From Chloroflexota bacterium (GTDB taxonomy: Bacteria > Chloroflexota > UBA6077 > JACCZL01): a stretch of DNA of 54,265 bases. The position numbers and the translations under genes are program-made. Below are positions 35,945-45,846 of this stretch, piece after piece. The notes beneath the pieces are model-generated. The model was not told where the DNA came from. It worked only from the letters and a program-made list of their open reading frames with translations, and did no database searches. Each line of letters begins with the position of its first letter. Positions within the stretch are counted from its first letter, which is position 1. The stretch spans positions 1 through 54,265 of the forward strand of contig JBJXFJ010000108.1 of the NCBI GenBank assembly GCA_046154735.1, given 5' to 3'.

Positions 35945-37252
35945 TTACCGTGAACGCTGACTGGCTTCATACCCCTGAGCGACCACCGCCATATCCGGCA
36001 ATCGAGGAAGCGCCCGTAGAGCTAGTTCCAGTTCACAGCGCGTACCCGGGCGAGAGCCTGGGTTCGGGCGGTAGCAGGAGCCCGACGACCCATCGTCATT
36101 TTGGTGTGAAGTGAGCCCCCGGAAGAGATCGTGTCGAACTGACGACACATGCGGACTCTCTGCCGACCAGACGCCAATCGCCGAGACGCTTGGATAGCTC
36201 AGTACTCGGCGGATCTGGCGAAGCTCCACATCGAGGCGCGCCCAGGGCTCATCAGCGCGGTAGACACCCGGTAGCTCCCGGGATGTGCCCAGCTCCTCCA
36301 CAATGACCGGCAACGCCCGCCCGTTCTCGCAGGTCATTCTGGTTGTGTGCTGGAGGTCCCACTGGATCGGTACGTCTCCGCCGCCAGTATCGTCCCACCA
36401 GTCAAACGTATGCAGGGTATAGGCGTGGATTGGCGCCTCGCAAAAGAGGTGGCGTGCAATGGGGGAATCGGAATTTCCAGGGTCCAGGATCCCTCCACCC
36501 ATAGTGCCCGGCAGAATCGGCGTGACACCGTCAATTCTGCGAATCTCAATGGTCACGTCATCGATAAAGCGAAGAATCATGCTCGGGTTTTCCTGGGTGT
36601 GAATCTCATTTCCAAGCTCCCACGCCCAGATAACGTCAAGAGCGCCGTGCTGTTTCACGGTTAAAATGATTTCACTCAGAAATTCTCGATAGCTGCCGCG
36701 CCAGGTGGAGGAATAAAAAGGAAGCATGAGCTGTCGGTATCCGTGCATCCAACCCAGTGGCGCGGATGTATCACCGGGAACCTCGCGGTACTGGTCCATG
36801 AGAGCGACAATGAGCTTGAGACGGTGCTGACGCAGTAGTGGTGCCATCTCAACAATTCGCTCACCGATCTCCCTACCAGTCAGATTCAGGTGACCAATTT
36901 TGTCCGTTGAGAACACACGCACCACTCCTGCGTTCAACCAGGCCGCGTACTCCAAATTCTCTCGCACATCGGCCGGCCTCTCGTGAAAGAGCAGCGCGTG
37001 CATATTGAGAATGAGTGACTGGCCGTTGGCGAAGTTGCGCGGAGCGAGATTAGGATTTTGCCCCGGGGATCGCGTCGCCACGTGGACATCGATGCCTGAC
37101 GCGCGAACGGCTTCGGCGCTTGCCGGTGCAGGAGGCGGAGCACCCGTTGACGCCATCACGATGATGACCGCGGAGAGCAGTAGAACGGGAAGCCGATACG
37201 CCGCTCGGCCTAGATTGTGCAGAACTTGGATGGACTCTTCTGAGGATCTCAC
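35945..37252 (-). CDS. secreted/anchored glycoside hydrolase family 5-like protein
   Basis: N-terminal signal-anchor LPVLLLSAVIIVMASTGA. WAWELGNE is a candidate acid/base Glu and VIVEELG a candidate nucleophile Glu, in a TIM-barrel-length protein. Confidence 0.65.
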   Translation of the reverse strand: MRSSEESIQVLHNLGRAAYRLPVLLLSAVIIVMASTGAPPPAPASAEAVRASGIDVHVATRSPGQNPNLAPRNFANGQSLILNMHALLFHERPADVRENLEYAAWLNAGVVRVFSTDKIGHLNLTGREIGERIVEMAPLLRQHRLKLIVALMDQYREVPGDTSAPLGWMHGYRQLMLPFYSSTWRGSYREFLSEIILTVKQHGALDVIWAWELGNEIHTQENPSMILRFIDDVTIEIRRIDGVTPILPGTMGGGILDPGNSDSPIARHLFCEAPIHAYTLHTFDWWDDTGGGDVPIQWDLQHTTRMTCENGRALPVIVEELGTSRELPGVYRADEPWARLDVELRQIRRVLSYPSVSAIGVWSAESPHVSSVRHDLFRGLTSHQNDDGSSGSCYRPNPGSRPGTRCELELALRALPRLPDMAVVAQGYEASQRSR

Positions 37253-37384
37253 GCATCACTCCGACCGTCATGATCCATTCACGATCAGTCGGAACAACGA
37301 AGGATTTATGCGGCACGGGATGGGATTGCACGGTCCGCCACAGGGAGAAGTCACCATCGTCGTGAAACTTGAAAGGGGATACAC

Positions 37385-38335
37385 ATGGCCACATCAATGC
37401 CACGCGAGACAGAAAACGTCGTCCTTGGGCGTACGGGCATATCCGTCCCGCCGCTGGGTATCGGCACCTGGCAGTGGGGCGACCGTATCTGGTGGCAGTA
37501 TGGAGATCGCTACACCGATGCGGATCTGAGTCTTGCTTACCGGGCCGGAGTTGATCACGGGATTCGGCTTTTTGACACCGCCGAGATCTATGGCATGGGT
37601 ACATCGGAACGCCTGCTGGGTCAATTCAGCGAGCGAGATCCATCGATCATTACCGCGACAAAGTTCTTCCCGTTTCCCTGGCGATTTCGGGCTGGAGACG
37701 TCGAGCGCGCGCTGCGGGGAAGCTTGCGCCGGCTTGGAACTGACCATGTGGATCTATATCAGATTCACTGGCCCATACCACTGGTGCCCATTGAGAAATG
37801 GATGGATGGCCTGGCTCAAGTAGTGCAGAATGGTCTGACTCGCGCCGTTGGTGTTTCGAACTACAATCGAGGACAGGTTGCGCGCGCAGTCAGAGCGTTG
37901 GAGGCCCAGCAGATCCCTCTCGCCTCCAATCAGATCGCGTACAGCCTTCTGAACCGAGCGCCGGAGCACAATGGCGTCTTGCAAACGTGCCAGGCGCTCG
38001 GCGTATCAGTGATTGCTTATAGCCCGCTAGGAATGGGCATGCTCAGTGGGAAATATACGGCGGAAAATCCACCACCCGGCATCCGTGGCCGTCGCTATCC
38101 ACCGAGTAGACTCAAATCCATGGAGCCACTCATTCAATCGATAAGGTCCATTGGCCTGGCTCGAGACAAAACGCCGTCTCAGATTGCGCTGAACTGGGTC
38201 ATCTGCAAAGGCGCGATTCCAATTCCGGGGGCGAAAAACGCGCTCCAAGCAGAGGAAAATGCCGGTGCACTTGGCTGGCGGCTATCGAGCAACGAGATCG
38301 CGACCCTCGATGATGCGAGTGCGCGGATCGCTTGA
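37385..38335 (+). CDS. aldo/keto reductase
   Basis: GIGTWQWGD, LFDTAEIYG, VDLYQIHWP and IPIPGAKN segments. Confidence 0.85.
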   Translation: MATSMPRETENVVLGRTGISVPPLGIGTWQWGDRIWWQYGDRYTDADLSLAYRAGVDHGIRLFDTAEIYGMGTSERLLGQFSERDPSIITATKFFPFPWRFRAGDVERALRGSLRRLGTDHVDLYQIHWPIPLVPIEKWMDGLAQVVQNGLTRAVGVSNYNRGQVARAVRALEAQQIPLASNQIAYSLLNRAPEHNGVLQTCQALGVSVIAYSPLGMGMLSGKYTAENPPPGIRGRRYPPSRLKSMEPLIQSIRSIGLARDKTPSQIALNWVICKGAIPIPGAKNALQAEENAGALGWRLSSNEIATLDDASARIA

Positions 38336-38380
38336 CGATTCGGCTTGGCACCCACCAATACTTGCCAAGCTCCGTGACTC

Positions 38381-38414
38381 GTGACCTCCGGACTTCCGGA
38401 CTTCCGGAGGTCAC
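38381..38414. terminator. 12-bp-stem hairpin between convergent AKR and epimerase genes (possible bidirectional terminator)
   Basis: GTGACCTCCGGA (38381-38392) pairs with TCCGGAGGTCAC (38403-38414), with a 10-nt loop. There is no clear U-tract on either strand. Confidence 0.4.
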
Positions 38415-38425
38415 AAGCAATGGGA

Positions 38426-39376
38426 CTATTGCGCGTTTCCGGCTTTCAGCCAGTCCGCGTAATCCTTCACCGCGTCATTCAGGCTCCACGCGGGCTTGTA
38501 GCCCGTATCGGCCGTGGTGTGCGCCAGTGACAAGTAAGGGTTGTTCTTATGCCCGGGACCTGAACCGGGGTTGAGCTGAGCGGTGAAACCCGGAACAGCC
38601 GTCTGAACAGCCGCCAGCAGCTCTCCCCACTTGGTAGCCCGGCCGCCACCCACGTTATAGACCTTCCGCGGAAGGCTCTCTGCGAGGTGAACCTTCTGAA
38701 TTCCCTGAGCACAGTCCTTCACGTAGCAAATGTCACCGGCATCGTCAGCATAAGGAACGCCGCCGCGCCCACCAGCGAGATTTGGATCCTGCCCCTTCAC
38801 CGCGGCGTGTGTGAGGCGACTCGGCAGATTTGCCATGGTGTGATAAAGCGGACCCCAGATGCCGGCGATGCGCAGCATCACCACATCCATTCCGGCTCGC
38901 TCGGCATAGTGGAGACCAAGAATCTCAAAGGACTTCTTGAATGCCTCCGTGGGATTGTGGGAGGGCAAGGGAAGGGGGTCATCCTCAGAATAGGGGCCGT
39001 CTGCCAGACCGGAATAGACCGCAACGGAGCTCGCCACGGACAACCGTTTGACCTTGAGCTCCTCGGCCACCTGGAGAATGTGGAGCAACCCGTCCATATT
39101 GGTCTTGAAATCTTCCGCGGGAGTCAGCGCACCAAGTCCTGGCACCGCGAGGTGCACGATTCCGTCAACGCTGTACTTCTTGCCAACTTCAGCGAGTGCC
39201 GGGCCATCCGCAACGTCCACGACCTCCACCTTGGCTCGATTGCCCAAGTATGGCTGAATGAAATCTGGCTCTCGCTTGGTGCGCCACATCGTCAGGACAA
39301 CGTCTTCACCGGCATCGATGATCGCTTTCGCCGTGTGCAGACCGATGAAGCCCATTCCACCCGTGATCAATTGCAT
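38426..39376 (-). CDS. NAD-dependent epimerase/dehydratase (extended SDR)
   Basis: MQLITGGMGFIGLHTAKAIIDAG Rossmann GxxGxxG start. Length is 316 aa. Confidence 0.8.
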   Translation of the reverse strand: MQLITGGMGFIGLHTAKAIIDAGEDVVLTMWRTKREPDFIQPYLGNRAKVEVVDVADGPALAEVGKKYSVDGIVHLAVPGLGALTPAEDFKTNMDGLLHILQVAEELKVKRLSVASSVAVYSGLADGPYSEDDPLPLPSHNPTEAFKKSFEILGLHYAERAGMDVVMLRIAGIWGPLYHTMANLPSRLTHAAVKGQDPNLAGGRGGVPYADDAGDICYVKDCAQGIQKVHLAESLPRKVYNVGGGRATKWGELLAAVQTAVPGFTAQLNPGSGPGHKNNPYLSLAHTTADTGYKPAWSLNDAVKDYADWLKAGNAQ

Positions 39377-39645
39377 GCTTATCTCTCTCCCGGCCCCGGC
39401 TCAGGCAACGAGCACAGCCAACCAATCGCCCTGAGACAGAGGCCTAAACTACGCGGTATTGTGGTCGAGTCATCTCGCAAGCGCAAGCATCTCGATTTCC
39501 CGAACGGAGGCCCTGTAACCGTCGGTTAGAGAAGCCGCGACATCCGGAATGACGTGCTCGCGTGAGAAATCCTCGGAGGCACGATGGACCGAGCGATTCA
39601 AACGGTACAATGACTCTACTCATATGTCCCCTACGGTGTTGAGCA

Positions 39646-40644
39646 ATGGCTGTTGAGTTTCGAGACTATTACGAGGTCCTGGGAATTCCGCGCTCCGCGG
39701 ATGAGAAGGCCATTCGGGCGGCCTACCGACAGCTTGCTCGGAAATACCACCCTGATGTGAACCCGGGCGACAATAGCGCCGAATCGAAGTTTAAAGAGAT
39801 CAATGAGGCGTACGAGGTACTTTCCGATCCCGAGAAGCGATCCAAGTATGATGAGCTTGGTGCACGCTGGAAAGACTACGACGCCTGGCAGCGCGCCCGG
39901 CAGGCCGCCGGCAAGCCCGGCGCAAGCCCTGGAGATTGGTCCGATCTTTTCCGCGCCCAGGAATCTACCGGCCACTCACGCTCTTACGCCACGAATGCTG
40001 AGGATCTTCAGGATCTCTTCGGTACGGATGCTCCATACTCCGATTTCTTCGAAACGTTCTTCGTGGGTGGCAGACAATCAGCGCGCCCACATCGGGGGCT
40101 CGATCTCGAAGCCCAAGTGGAGATTGATTTTTCCGAAGCGGTCAGCGGAGCTACCCGGATCATCGATATACCGCGGCCAGGCGGGGGCAGCCGGCGGATT
40201 GAGGCCAGGATTCCCCCGGGGGTGGACGATGGCACGCGAATACGCCTTGCCGGCCAGGGTGAGCCCGGGAACAACGGCGGCCCGTCGGGCGATCTTTACC
40301 TCGTCACGCGGGTCAAGCCGAGTCCGATCTTTTCACGCATTGGCGACCAGCTTCGTCTGATCACGCACGCGCCGTTGACGCGTATGCTCCTGGGTGGTGA
40401 GATTGAAGTCCACACGCCTACCGGTCGGGTAGCGCTGAAGCTGCCACCCGGCACGACTGACGGACAGACCTTCCGACTCCGAGGGCAGGGCATGCCCAAA
40501 ATGGCTGCTCCACAGTCCCGCGGAGATCTGGAGGTGGAAGTCCACGTCACGTTGCCACTCAAGCTCACGGCCGAGCAGCGCCGGTTGATTGAAACATTTG
40601 CCGAACTTGAAGGAGCCGCAGCAGCCGCGGAGAGCGCCGCATGA
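39646..40644 (+). CDS. cbpA: DnaJ-class co-chaperone without zinc-finger domain (CbpA-like)
   Basis: J domain DYYEVLGIPRSADEKAIRAAYRQLARKYHPDVNPG. There is no CxxCxGxG repeat region. Two DnaJ C-terminal beta domains are present. Confidence 0.8.
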   Translation: MAVEFRDYYEVLGIPRSADEKAIRAAYRQLARKYHPDVNPGDNSAESKFKEINEAYEVLSDPEKRSKYDELGARWKDYDAWQRARQAAGKPGASPGDWSDLFRAQESTGHSRSYATNAEDLQDLFGTDAPYSDFFETFFVGGRQSARPHRGLDLEAQVEIDFSEAVSGATRIIDIPRPGGGSRRIEARIPPGVDDGTRIRLAGQGEPGNNGGPSGDLYLVTRVKPSPIFSRIGDQLRLITHAPLTRMLLGGEIEVHTPTGRVALKLPPGTTDGQTFRLRGQGMPKMAAPQSRGDLEVEVHVTLPLKLTAEQRRLIETFAELEGAAAAAESAA

Positions 40645-40919
40645 CCACCATTCAACACACGATTACCATTCGACTCACGCGCCAGGCCGCGGCCCAGTCT
40701 CTCGGCATCACCATGACTCGACTCGTGAAATACGAGCGCCTGGGCCTTGTGGAGCCAGCCATTGAGAATCGCCGACCGGTCTACGGGCCCGGCGAGCTGG
40801 CCCGAGTACGGAAGATTCGACGGCTTGTCGACGATTTGGGCGTGAATCTGGCCGGGGTGGAGATTATCTTGCGCCTGCTTGACCAGATGGCGGATCTGGA
40901 GCCGCGCGCTCGCCCCTGA
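40641..40919 (+). CDS. MerR-family small regulator (CbpM/HspR-like chaperone modulator)
   Basis: 92 aa with HTH ITMTRLVKYERLGLVEP. 4-nt overlap with the CbpA-like gene. Confidence 0.7.
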   Translation: MTTIQHTITIRLTRQAAAQSLGITMTRLVKYERLGLVEPAIENRRPVYGPGELARVRKIRRLVDDLGVNLAGVEIILRLLDQMADLEPRARP

Positions 40920-40954
40920 CAACAATCCTGAATGACAATTCACTGCGCAGCTCG

Positions 40955-41698
40955 ATGACTGCGCCATCGCAAACGTGTGGAGCGCCCATGAATACCCCTG
41001 TCTGGCTCATCGATCTCCGTGGTGAGGCCGAGTTACCCGAAGGCACATTCAACCTTGACGGCCTGGTTATCCAGCCGTCCACTTACGCCGTACTTGGTAT
41101 CGGAATTCGGACTGGCTTTTTCTCAAAGCGAACAGTCTGGACAACGGTCAACCATATGGTACGAGCTGACGGTGCGCGAGCCTGGCTTACTGGCTCACTG
41201 AACCAGATGAGCCCTCGCCCGCCTGACGGCGTGTGGCTCCAGGGGGATCTGCAGGTGAGACAGCGCACAGAAAGTCTCGGAACTATGGGCTGGGCAGGGG
41301 TGAGTGACGGCAGCGTCGTTGAGTTCGGACTGATACCTCATGACCCCAGGATGCTCGCACGTCGCATCACTCGCGAATCAATCGTCAGCCTGAATGATCG
41401 AAGCGTTGAGATTGCGAGCGCATCCCTGGAGGATGAACCACTCCTGAAGATTGACCGGGAGATCGAGGAAGAAGTTCGACGACGACTCTGGGAAACATCA
41501 GGCTCACTCTCAACGGATGCACTCGAGCGCATCACCGTTACTGTGAGCGGTGGTCTGGTTGTCCTCGGTGGAATGGTTCCTCGAGATACTGACCGTGCAC
41601 TGGCGATCACAATTGCCCATGAACCGCTCGAAGCTCGTGGGGTGATTGACCACGTGGAGACCGCGCAGGGAATCGCCGCTTCAGGCGGAGACTTTTAG
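40955..41698 (+). CDS. hypothetical protein with C-terminal BON-like domain
   Basis: The C-terminal ITVTVSGGLVVLGGMVPRDTDRALAITIAHEPLEARGVIDHVE resembles BON domains. I do not recognise the N-terminal two thirds. An alternative start is ATG 40988. Confidence 0.5.
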   Translation: MTAPSQTCGAPMNTPVWLIDLRGEAELPEGTFNLDGLVIQPSTYAVLGIGIRTGFFSKRTVWTTVNHMVRADGARAWLTGSLNQMSPRPPDGVWLQGDLQVRQRTESLGTMGWAGVSDGSVVEFGLIPHDPRMLARRITRESIVSLNDRSVEIASASLEDEPLLKIDREIEEEVRRRLWETSGSLSTDALERITVTVSGGLVVLGGMVPRDTDRALAITIAHEPLEARGVIDHVETAQGIAASGGDF

Positions 41699-41783
41699 CC
41701 GCACCGGAACATCCTCCTGGAAACGTCTACGGTCCAGACCATCTGGAGAGAACCCAACCGCTCGGGTGGGACTGCTGGCAGAG

Positions 41784-42020
41784 TTACACCTCCAGCAAGA
41801 CAAACGGCTCGTTAGGTGATTCGCGCCGAAACAGGGGGAGCGCGCAGTTAAAAACCGGTCGACCACCAGGAGTCATACCCTGACGCTGTCCGTAGTGAGA
41901 GTGCCCGTGCACCACGGCATCCACCTGGAAACGGTCAATTGGCTCCGCGAGACGGGACGACCCCAGGAACGGAATAACCTCCACGCACTCACCGTCCACA
42001 GTGGCGCGAATTGGCGAGCC
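41784..42020 (-). pseudogene. C-terminal remnant of a calcineurin-like metallophosphoesterase gene
   Basis: ...GSSRLAEPIDRFQVDAVVHGHSHYGQRQGMTPGGRPVFNCA... carries the terminal GHxH motif block only. The frame is closed by TGA at 42021-42023. Only ~95 nt remain before the next gene on the other strand. Confidence 0.5.
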
Positions 42021-42118
42021 TCAGGACGGAGATTCTGGCCGCACCTCACGACTCTGGGCCGCCAGGGCATGTAAGATTGACGAAGTAGTTGCGGTTCAAC
42101 CGACAAGGAGACATTCAC

Positions 42119-45100
42119 ATGCGCGTGGCGATTGGCGCGGACCACGCCGGCCTGCCCCTCAAAGAACCATTGAAGGCACTCCTGGCGGAGTCCGGCCACG
42201 AAATTGTGGATCTCGGAACACATTCACCAGAGCCCTGTGATTACCCCGACATCGCGCGAGCAGTAGGGGAAGCCGTGATCCTTGAACGGGTGGATCGAGG
42301 CATTGTCCTCTGCGGCTCTGCACAGGGAGCATCAATCGCGGCGAACAAACTCTCTGGCATCCGAGCGGCCGTAGGCCACGACAACTACTCCGCTCACCAG
42401 AGTGTTGAGCACGATGATGCCAATGTCCTCTGTCTGGGCGCTCGTGTGATTGGACAAGCGCTCGCTCTCGAAATCGTGGGGGCCTGGATGGCTGCCCATT
42501 TCACTGGTGAGGAACGACATTCACGCCGAGTGCAGAAGGTGCGCGATCTCGAACGCCGAATGCCACTCCTGGAGCTTGGCCTTGCCGGCCAGAGCGCCTG
42601 GATGGACAACATCTCGCTCGATCTACTCAACGGCGATTTTCGGCAGCTCATTGCTCGGGGGATCACCGGCGTAACATCGAATCCGACAATCATGGAAAAA
42701 TCGATCTCCTCGAGCGTTGCCTATGATCCAGCAGTCCGAGATCTTGTTCGCCGAGGAGCCTCGGCTCGCGACATTGCCGTGTCGCTCTGGGTTGATGACA
42801 TCCGCGGCGCTTGCGATCAGCTCCGCCCGATCTATGATCTCACTCAAGGCGCGGACGGATTCGCGTCCATCGAGGTGGACGCAGAGCTAGCCAATGACAC
42901 GCAACGCACGATTCAGGAGGGCCGCCGACTCTGGGGGGAAGTGGATCGTCCCAACGTGATGATCAAGGTGCCGGCTACTCCCGCCGGGCTCCCGGCCATT
43001 CAGCAGCTCACCTCTGAAGGCGTGAACGTGAATATCACCCTGCTCTTCTCGCAAACTGTCTATGAGCAGGTCATGGAGTCATACCTCACGGGACTGGAGC
43101 GCTGGATGCAGTCCGATGATCACACCGGAGCGCCGCCAGCGAGTGTTGCCAGCTTTTTCGTCAGCCGAGTTGACTCGAAGGTGGATGCGGCCCTCAAGGC
43201 AAAGATCGCCGAGTCACTCAGTGACGAGGAGCGTGCTGAGCTTGACTCACTCCGAGGGACCGCTGCCATTGCAAACGCCAAACTTGCCTACCAGAGCTTC
43301 CTCACACACTTCGCAGGACCTCGCTGGAATCGGCTGGCAAACCAGGGTGCGCGGGTGCAGCGTCCACTCTGGGCAAGCACCAGCACAAAGGATCCCAGTT
43401 ATCGCGATGTGCTGTATGTCGAGGAGCTCATCGGCCCAGACACGGTCAACACCATGCCGCCCCAGACGATTGAAGCATTTGCGGACCACGGATACGTGCG
43501 GCCGAGCGTCGCGGAAGGCCTGGATGAAGCGCGACAACAGCTTGCGTCTCTTCACAAGCACGGCATCGACCTGGCGCGCATCACGGAGCAGTTGCAGCAG
43601 GAGGGTGTGGAGGCATTCGCAACCTCGTTTGACGCACTCTTGCAGTCCATCGATCGCAAACGCGACGCGATTATTCGGGACGATCAGACTCGCCTCCGCG
43701 TGCTGCCCGGCCCCATTTCTTCAGAGATCACCGAGGTCACTGGTCGGTTTGCCGAGCAAGGACTGGTTGAACGCATCTGGAAACGTGATGCGAGTCTCTG
43801 GACATCAGACGCGGGAGAGGCAGCCTCGATCGAGAATCGGCTCGGCTGGCTTGATGTCGCCCTCCATATGCGTGAGCAGCGCCGTCGTCTGACCTGCTTT
43901 GCCGAACAAGCCGTCCGCGATGGGTACAAACACGTGGTGCTGCTTGGCATGGGCGGCAGCTCGCTCGCGCCGGAGGTATTTAAGCGCACCTTCGGGAGTG
44001 CACCAGGCTACCCGACCCTGACCGTCCTTGATACGACCGTGCCGGATGCGATCGTGGCTGCCGAGCAGTCTATTGAAATCTCAAAATCGCTCTTCATTGC
44101 GGCCAGCAAATCCGGCACCACCGTCGAGACACTGTCACATCTCGCCTACTTCTGGGAAAAAACGGGCGAACAAGGGGAGCAATTCACTGCAATCACCGAT
44201 CCGGGCACACCGCTCGAAGCATTAGCACGAGAGCGGGGATTCCGCGACTGTTTCGTCAATCCGCCCGATATCGGCGGGCGATACTCGGCGCTCTCCTTCT
44301 TTGGTCTGGTGCCCGCGGCGCTGCTTGGGCTGGACCTGGAAGAAGTGTTCAAACACGCGCTCAATCATCGCGATTTGTGCCGCGAACTGGCGATCACGGG
44401 CCGTAACACGGCACTACAGCTCGGCGTGTTCATGGGCGTAGCGGCCAGAGCAGGACGAGACAAGCTGACGCTCATTACGCCCGATGCGATCTGCAGCTTT
44501 GGACTCTGGGTGGAGCAGCTCATTGCGGAAAGCACCGGGAAGTCCGGTACCGGGATCATCCCGATTGTGAGTGAGCAAGCCGGACTGATCCAAGCGTACG
44601 GTCATGATCGCGCATTCGTCGTGATCGAATCTCGGGACGAATCTGCTGGAACCGCCGAGCACACGGACTTGATTCAGTCACTCACGGAGGCCGGGCATCC
44701 AGTTGCCGTGCTGCAGCTTGACGGCGTTTACGATCTCTTCGGCCAATGCTTAACTTGGGAATTTGCCACGGCCGTGGCTGGCGTTGTGCTCAACATCAAC
44801 CCGTTCAATGAACCAAATGTGCAGGAAGCCAAGGATCAAACGAACCTGGCGCTCGATGCATTCAAGCAATCAGGTCAACTCCCATCCGTGGCTCACCAAA
44901 CCGTGCAGGCCGTGGCGCAATTCATAGGGTCAGTTCAGCCCGGCGACTATCTGGCAATTCAGGCGTATCTCCCATACGACGAATCGATGGAGAAGGCGCT
45001 TGATACGCTACGGTTAGCCGCTCGCGACAAGTATCACGTCGCAACCACCGTGGGCTTTGGCCCTCGGTTCCTTCACTCCACCGGCCAGCTTCATAAGGGC

Positions 45101-45325
45101 GGGCCAAGTTCGGGTGCATTTGTCCAGATTGTTTGCGACAACGCCGCTGAGCTACCCATTCCGGAAGCCCCGTATAGTTTTGCGGTGCTAAACAAGGCCC
45201 AGGCTGTGGGTGACTATCAAGCACTTAAGGCGCACGGTCTACGTGTGATTAGACTGGACGTAGGCCGTTCGGCGCTCACGGGTATTCAGGAGCTCACCCA
45301 CCTGATTGCCGGGAAGTCACTTTAA
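42119..45325 (+). CDS. triple-fusion protein: ribose-5-phosphate isomerase B + transaldolase + glucose-6-phosphate isomerase
   Basis: ATG 42119 with AAGGAG 8 nt upstream. Residues 1-145 are RpiB/LacAB-like (MRVAIGADHAG...GIVLCGSAQGASIAANK). Residues ~148-515 are transaldolase (GVTSNPTI, catalytic-Lys block NVMIKVPAT). Residues ~520-1068 are PGI (LLGMGGSSLAPEV, ASKSGTTVET, GGRYSALS). Confidence 0.85.
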   Translation: MRVAIGADHAGLPLKEPLKALLAESGHEIVDLGTHSPEPCDYPDIARAVGEAVILERVDRGIVLCGSAQGASIAANKLSGIRAAVGHDNYSAHQSVEHDDANVLCLGARVIGQALALEIVGAWMAAHFTGEERHSRRVQKVRDLERRMPLLELGLAGQSAWMDNISLDLLNGDFRQLIARGITGVTSNPTIMEKSISSSVAYDPAVRDLVRRGASARDIAVSLWVDDIRGACDQLRPIYDLTQGADGFASIEVDAELANDTQRTIQEGRRLWGEVDRPNVMIKVPATPAGLPAIQQLTSEGVNVNITLLFSQTVYEQVMESYLTGLERWMQSDDHTGAPPASVASFFVSRVDSKVDAALKAKIAESLSDEERAELDSLRGTAAIANAKLAYQSFLTHFAGPRWNRLANQGARVQRPLWASTSTKDPSYRDVLYVEELIGPDTVNTMPPQTIEAFADHGYVRPSVAEGLDEARQQLASLHKHGIDLARITEQLQQEGVEAFATSFDALLQSIDRKRDAIIRDDQTRLRVLPGPISSEITEVTGRFAEQGLVERIWKRDASLWTSDAGEAASIENRLGWLDVALHMREQRRRLTCFAEQAVRDGYKHVVLLGMGGSSLAPEVFKRTFGSAPGYPTLTVLDTTVPDAIVAAEQSIEISKSLFIAASKSGTTVETLSHLAYFWEKTGEQGEQFTAITDPGTPLEALARERGFRDCFVNPPDIGGRYSALSFFGLVPAALLGLDLEEVFKHALNHRDLCRELAITGRNTALQLGVFMGVAARAGRDKLTLITPDAICSFGLWVEQLIAESTGKSGTGIIPIVSEQAGLIQAYGHDRAFVVIESRDESAGTAEHTDLIQSLTEAGHPVAVLQLDGVYDLFGQCLTWEFATAVAGVVLNINPFNEPNVQEAKDQTNLALDAFKQSGQLPSVAHQTVQAVAQFIGSVQPGDYLAIQAYLPYDESMEKALDTLRLAARDKYHVATTVGFGPRFLHSTGQLHKGGPSSGAFVQIVCDNAAELPIPEAPYSFAVLNKAQAVGDYQALKAHGLRVIRLDVGRSALTGIQELTHLIAGKSL

Positions 45326-45345
45326 CCGGACTCAGGTAGTCCAAA

Positions 45346-45846
45346 GTGAAGGCAGAGCACTCATTACCGGCGCGTTGGCCAGGGTCCGCTCCGTTCCGCA
45401 TTTCAGCCTGGAGCATTGCCCTGGCAGTGCTCTCGCTGCTCATTGTCACCGGCTGCCAGGCTACGGTTGCGTTACCGGTTCCTACCGCGCAACCCTCAGC
45501 TACCGTCCCAATCAGCATAGTTGAACCAGGGAGCGAGCGGCAGGACTGGGCACGGAATGCAACGTGGACTCCTGGACAGCTTGAAGCTCATTTCTCGAAA
45601 CACGGCCGGGAAGGCCCCTACGCGAGCATTGCGGACTATGATCGCGCGGCTCGTGAGGCTATCGTGAGGGGCACCCAGTTCACCTACGTTGACCGCGAGT
45701 CACGAGCGCAACGACTGGGTTTCTATGAGGCTGTCTCGAACCGCTTCACGTCACTCACCTCGGACGGGCGGCGCATCACAACGTTTTTTCATCCGGACCG
45801 GAGAGACAACTATGTCCGCGGACTGGATCGATCCACGTACCGATGA
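45346..45846 (+). CDS. predicted lipoprotein with uncharacterised C-terminal domain (HFSKHG motif)
   Basis: GTG start. Signal peptide with lipobox LIVTGC (Cys37), a Pro/Thr-rich linker, then a ~110-aa domain QLEAHFSKHGREGPYASIADYDRAAREAI.... Confidence 0.6.
   Translation: MKAEHSLPARWPGSAPFRISAWSIALAVLSLLIVTGCQATVALPVPTAQPSATVPISIVEPGSERQDWARNATWTPGQLEAHFSKHGREGPYASIADYDRAAREAIVRGTQFTYVDRESRAQRLGFYEAVSNRFTSLTSDGRRITTFFHPDRRDNYVRGLDRSTYR

Noticed and set aside
38687-39529. 280-aa ORF on the plus strand
   Set aside because: It is entirely antisense to the well-supported epimerase gene (GxxGxxG start, full length). This is a typical shadow ORF in GC-rich DNA. The same applies to 40296..40967(-), 5048..5578(-), 37050..37604(-), 1205..1681(+), 8779..9396(-) and many shorter ones.
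39377-39645. HspR operator (HAIR, CTTGAGT-N7-ACTCAAG) or other clear operator in front of the cbpA/MerR-like operon
   Set aside because: No such inverted repeat is present. There are only direct GTTGAG repeats around the start codon and a TACAAT hexamer without a convincing -35. Nothing here is strong enough to annotate.
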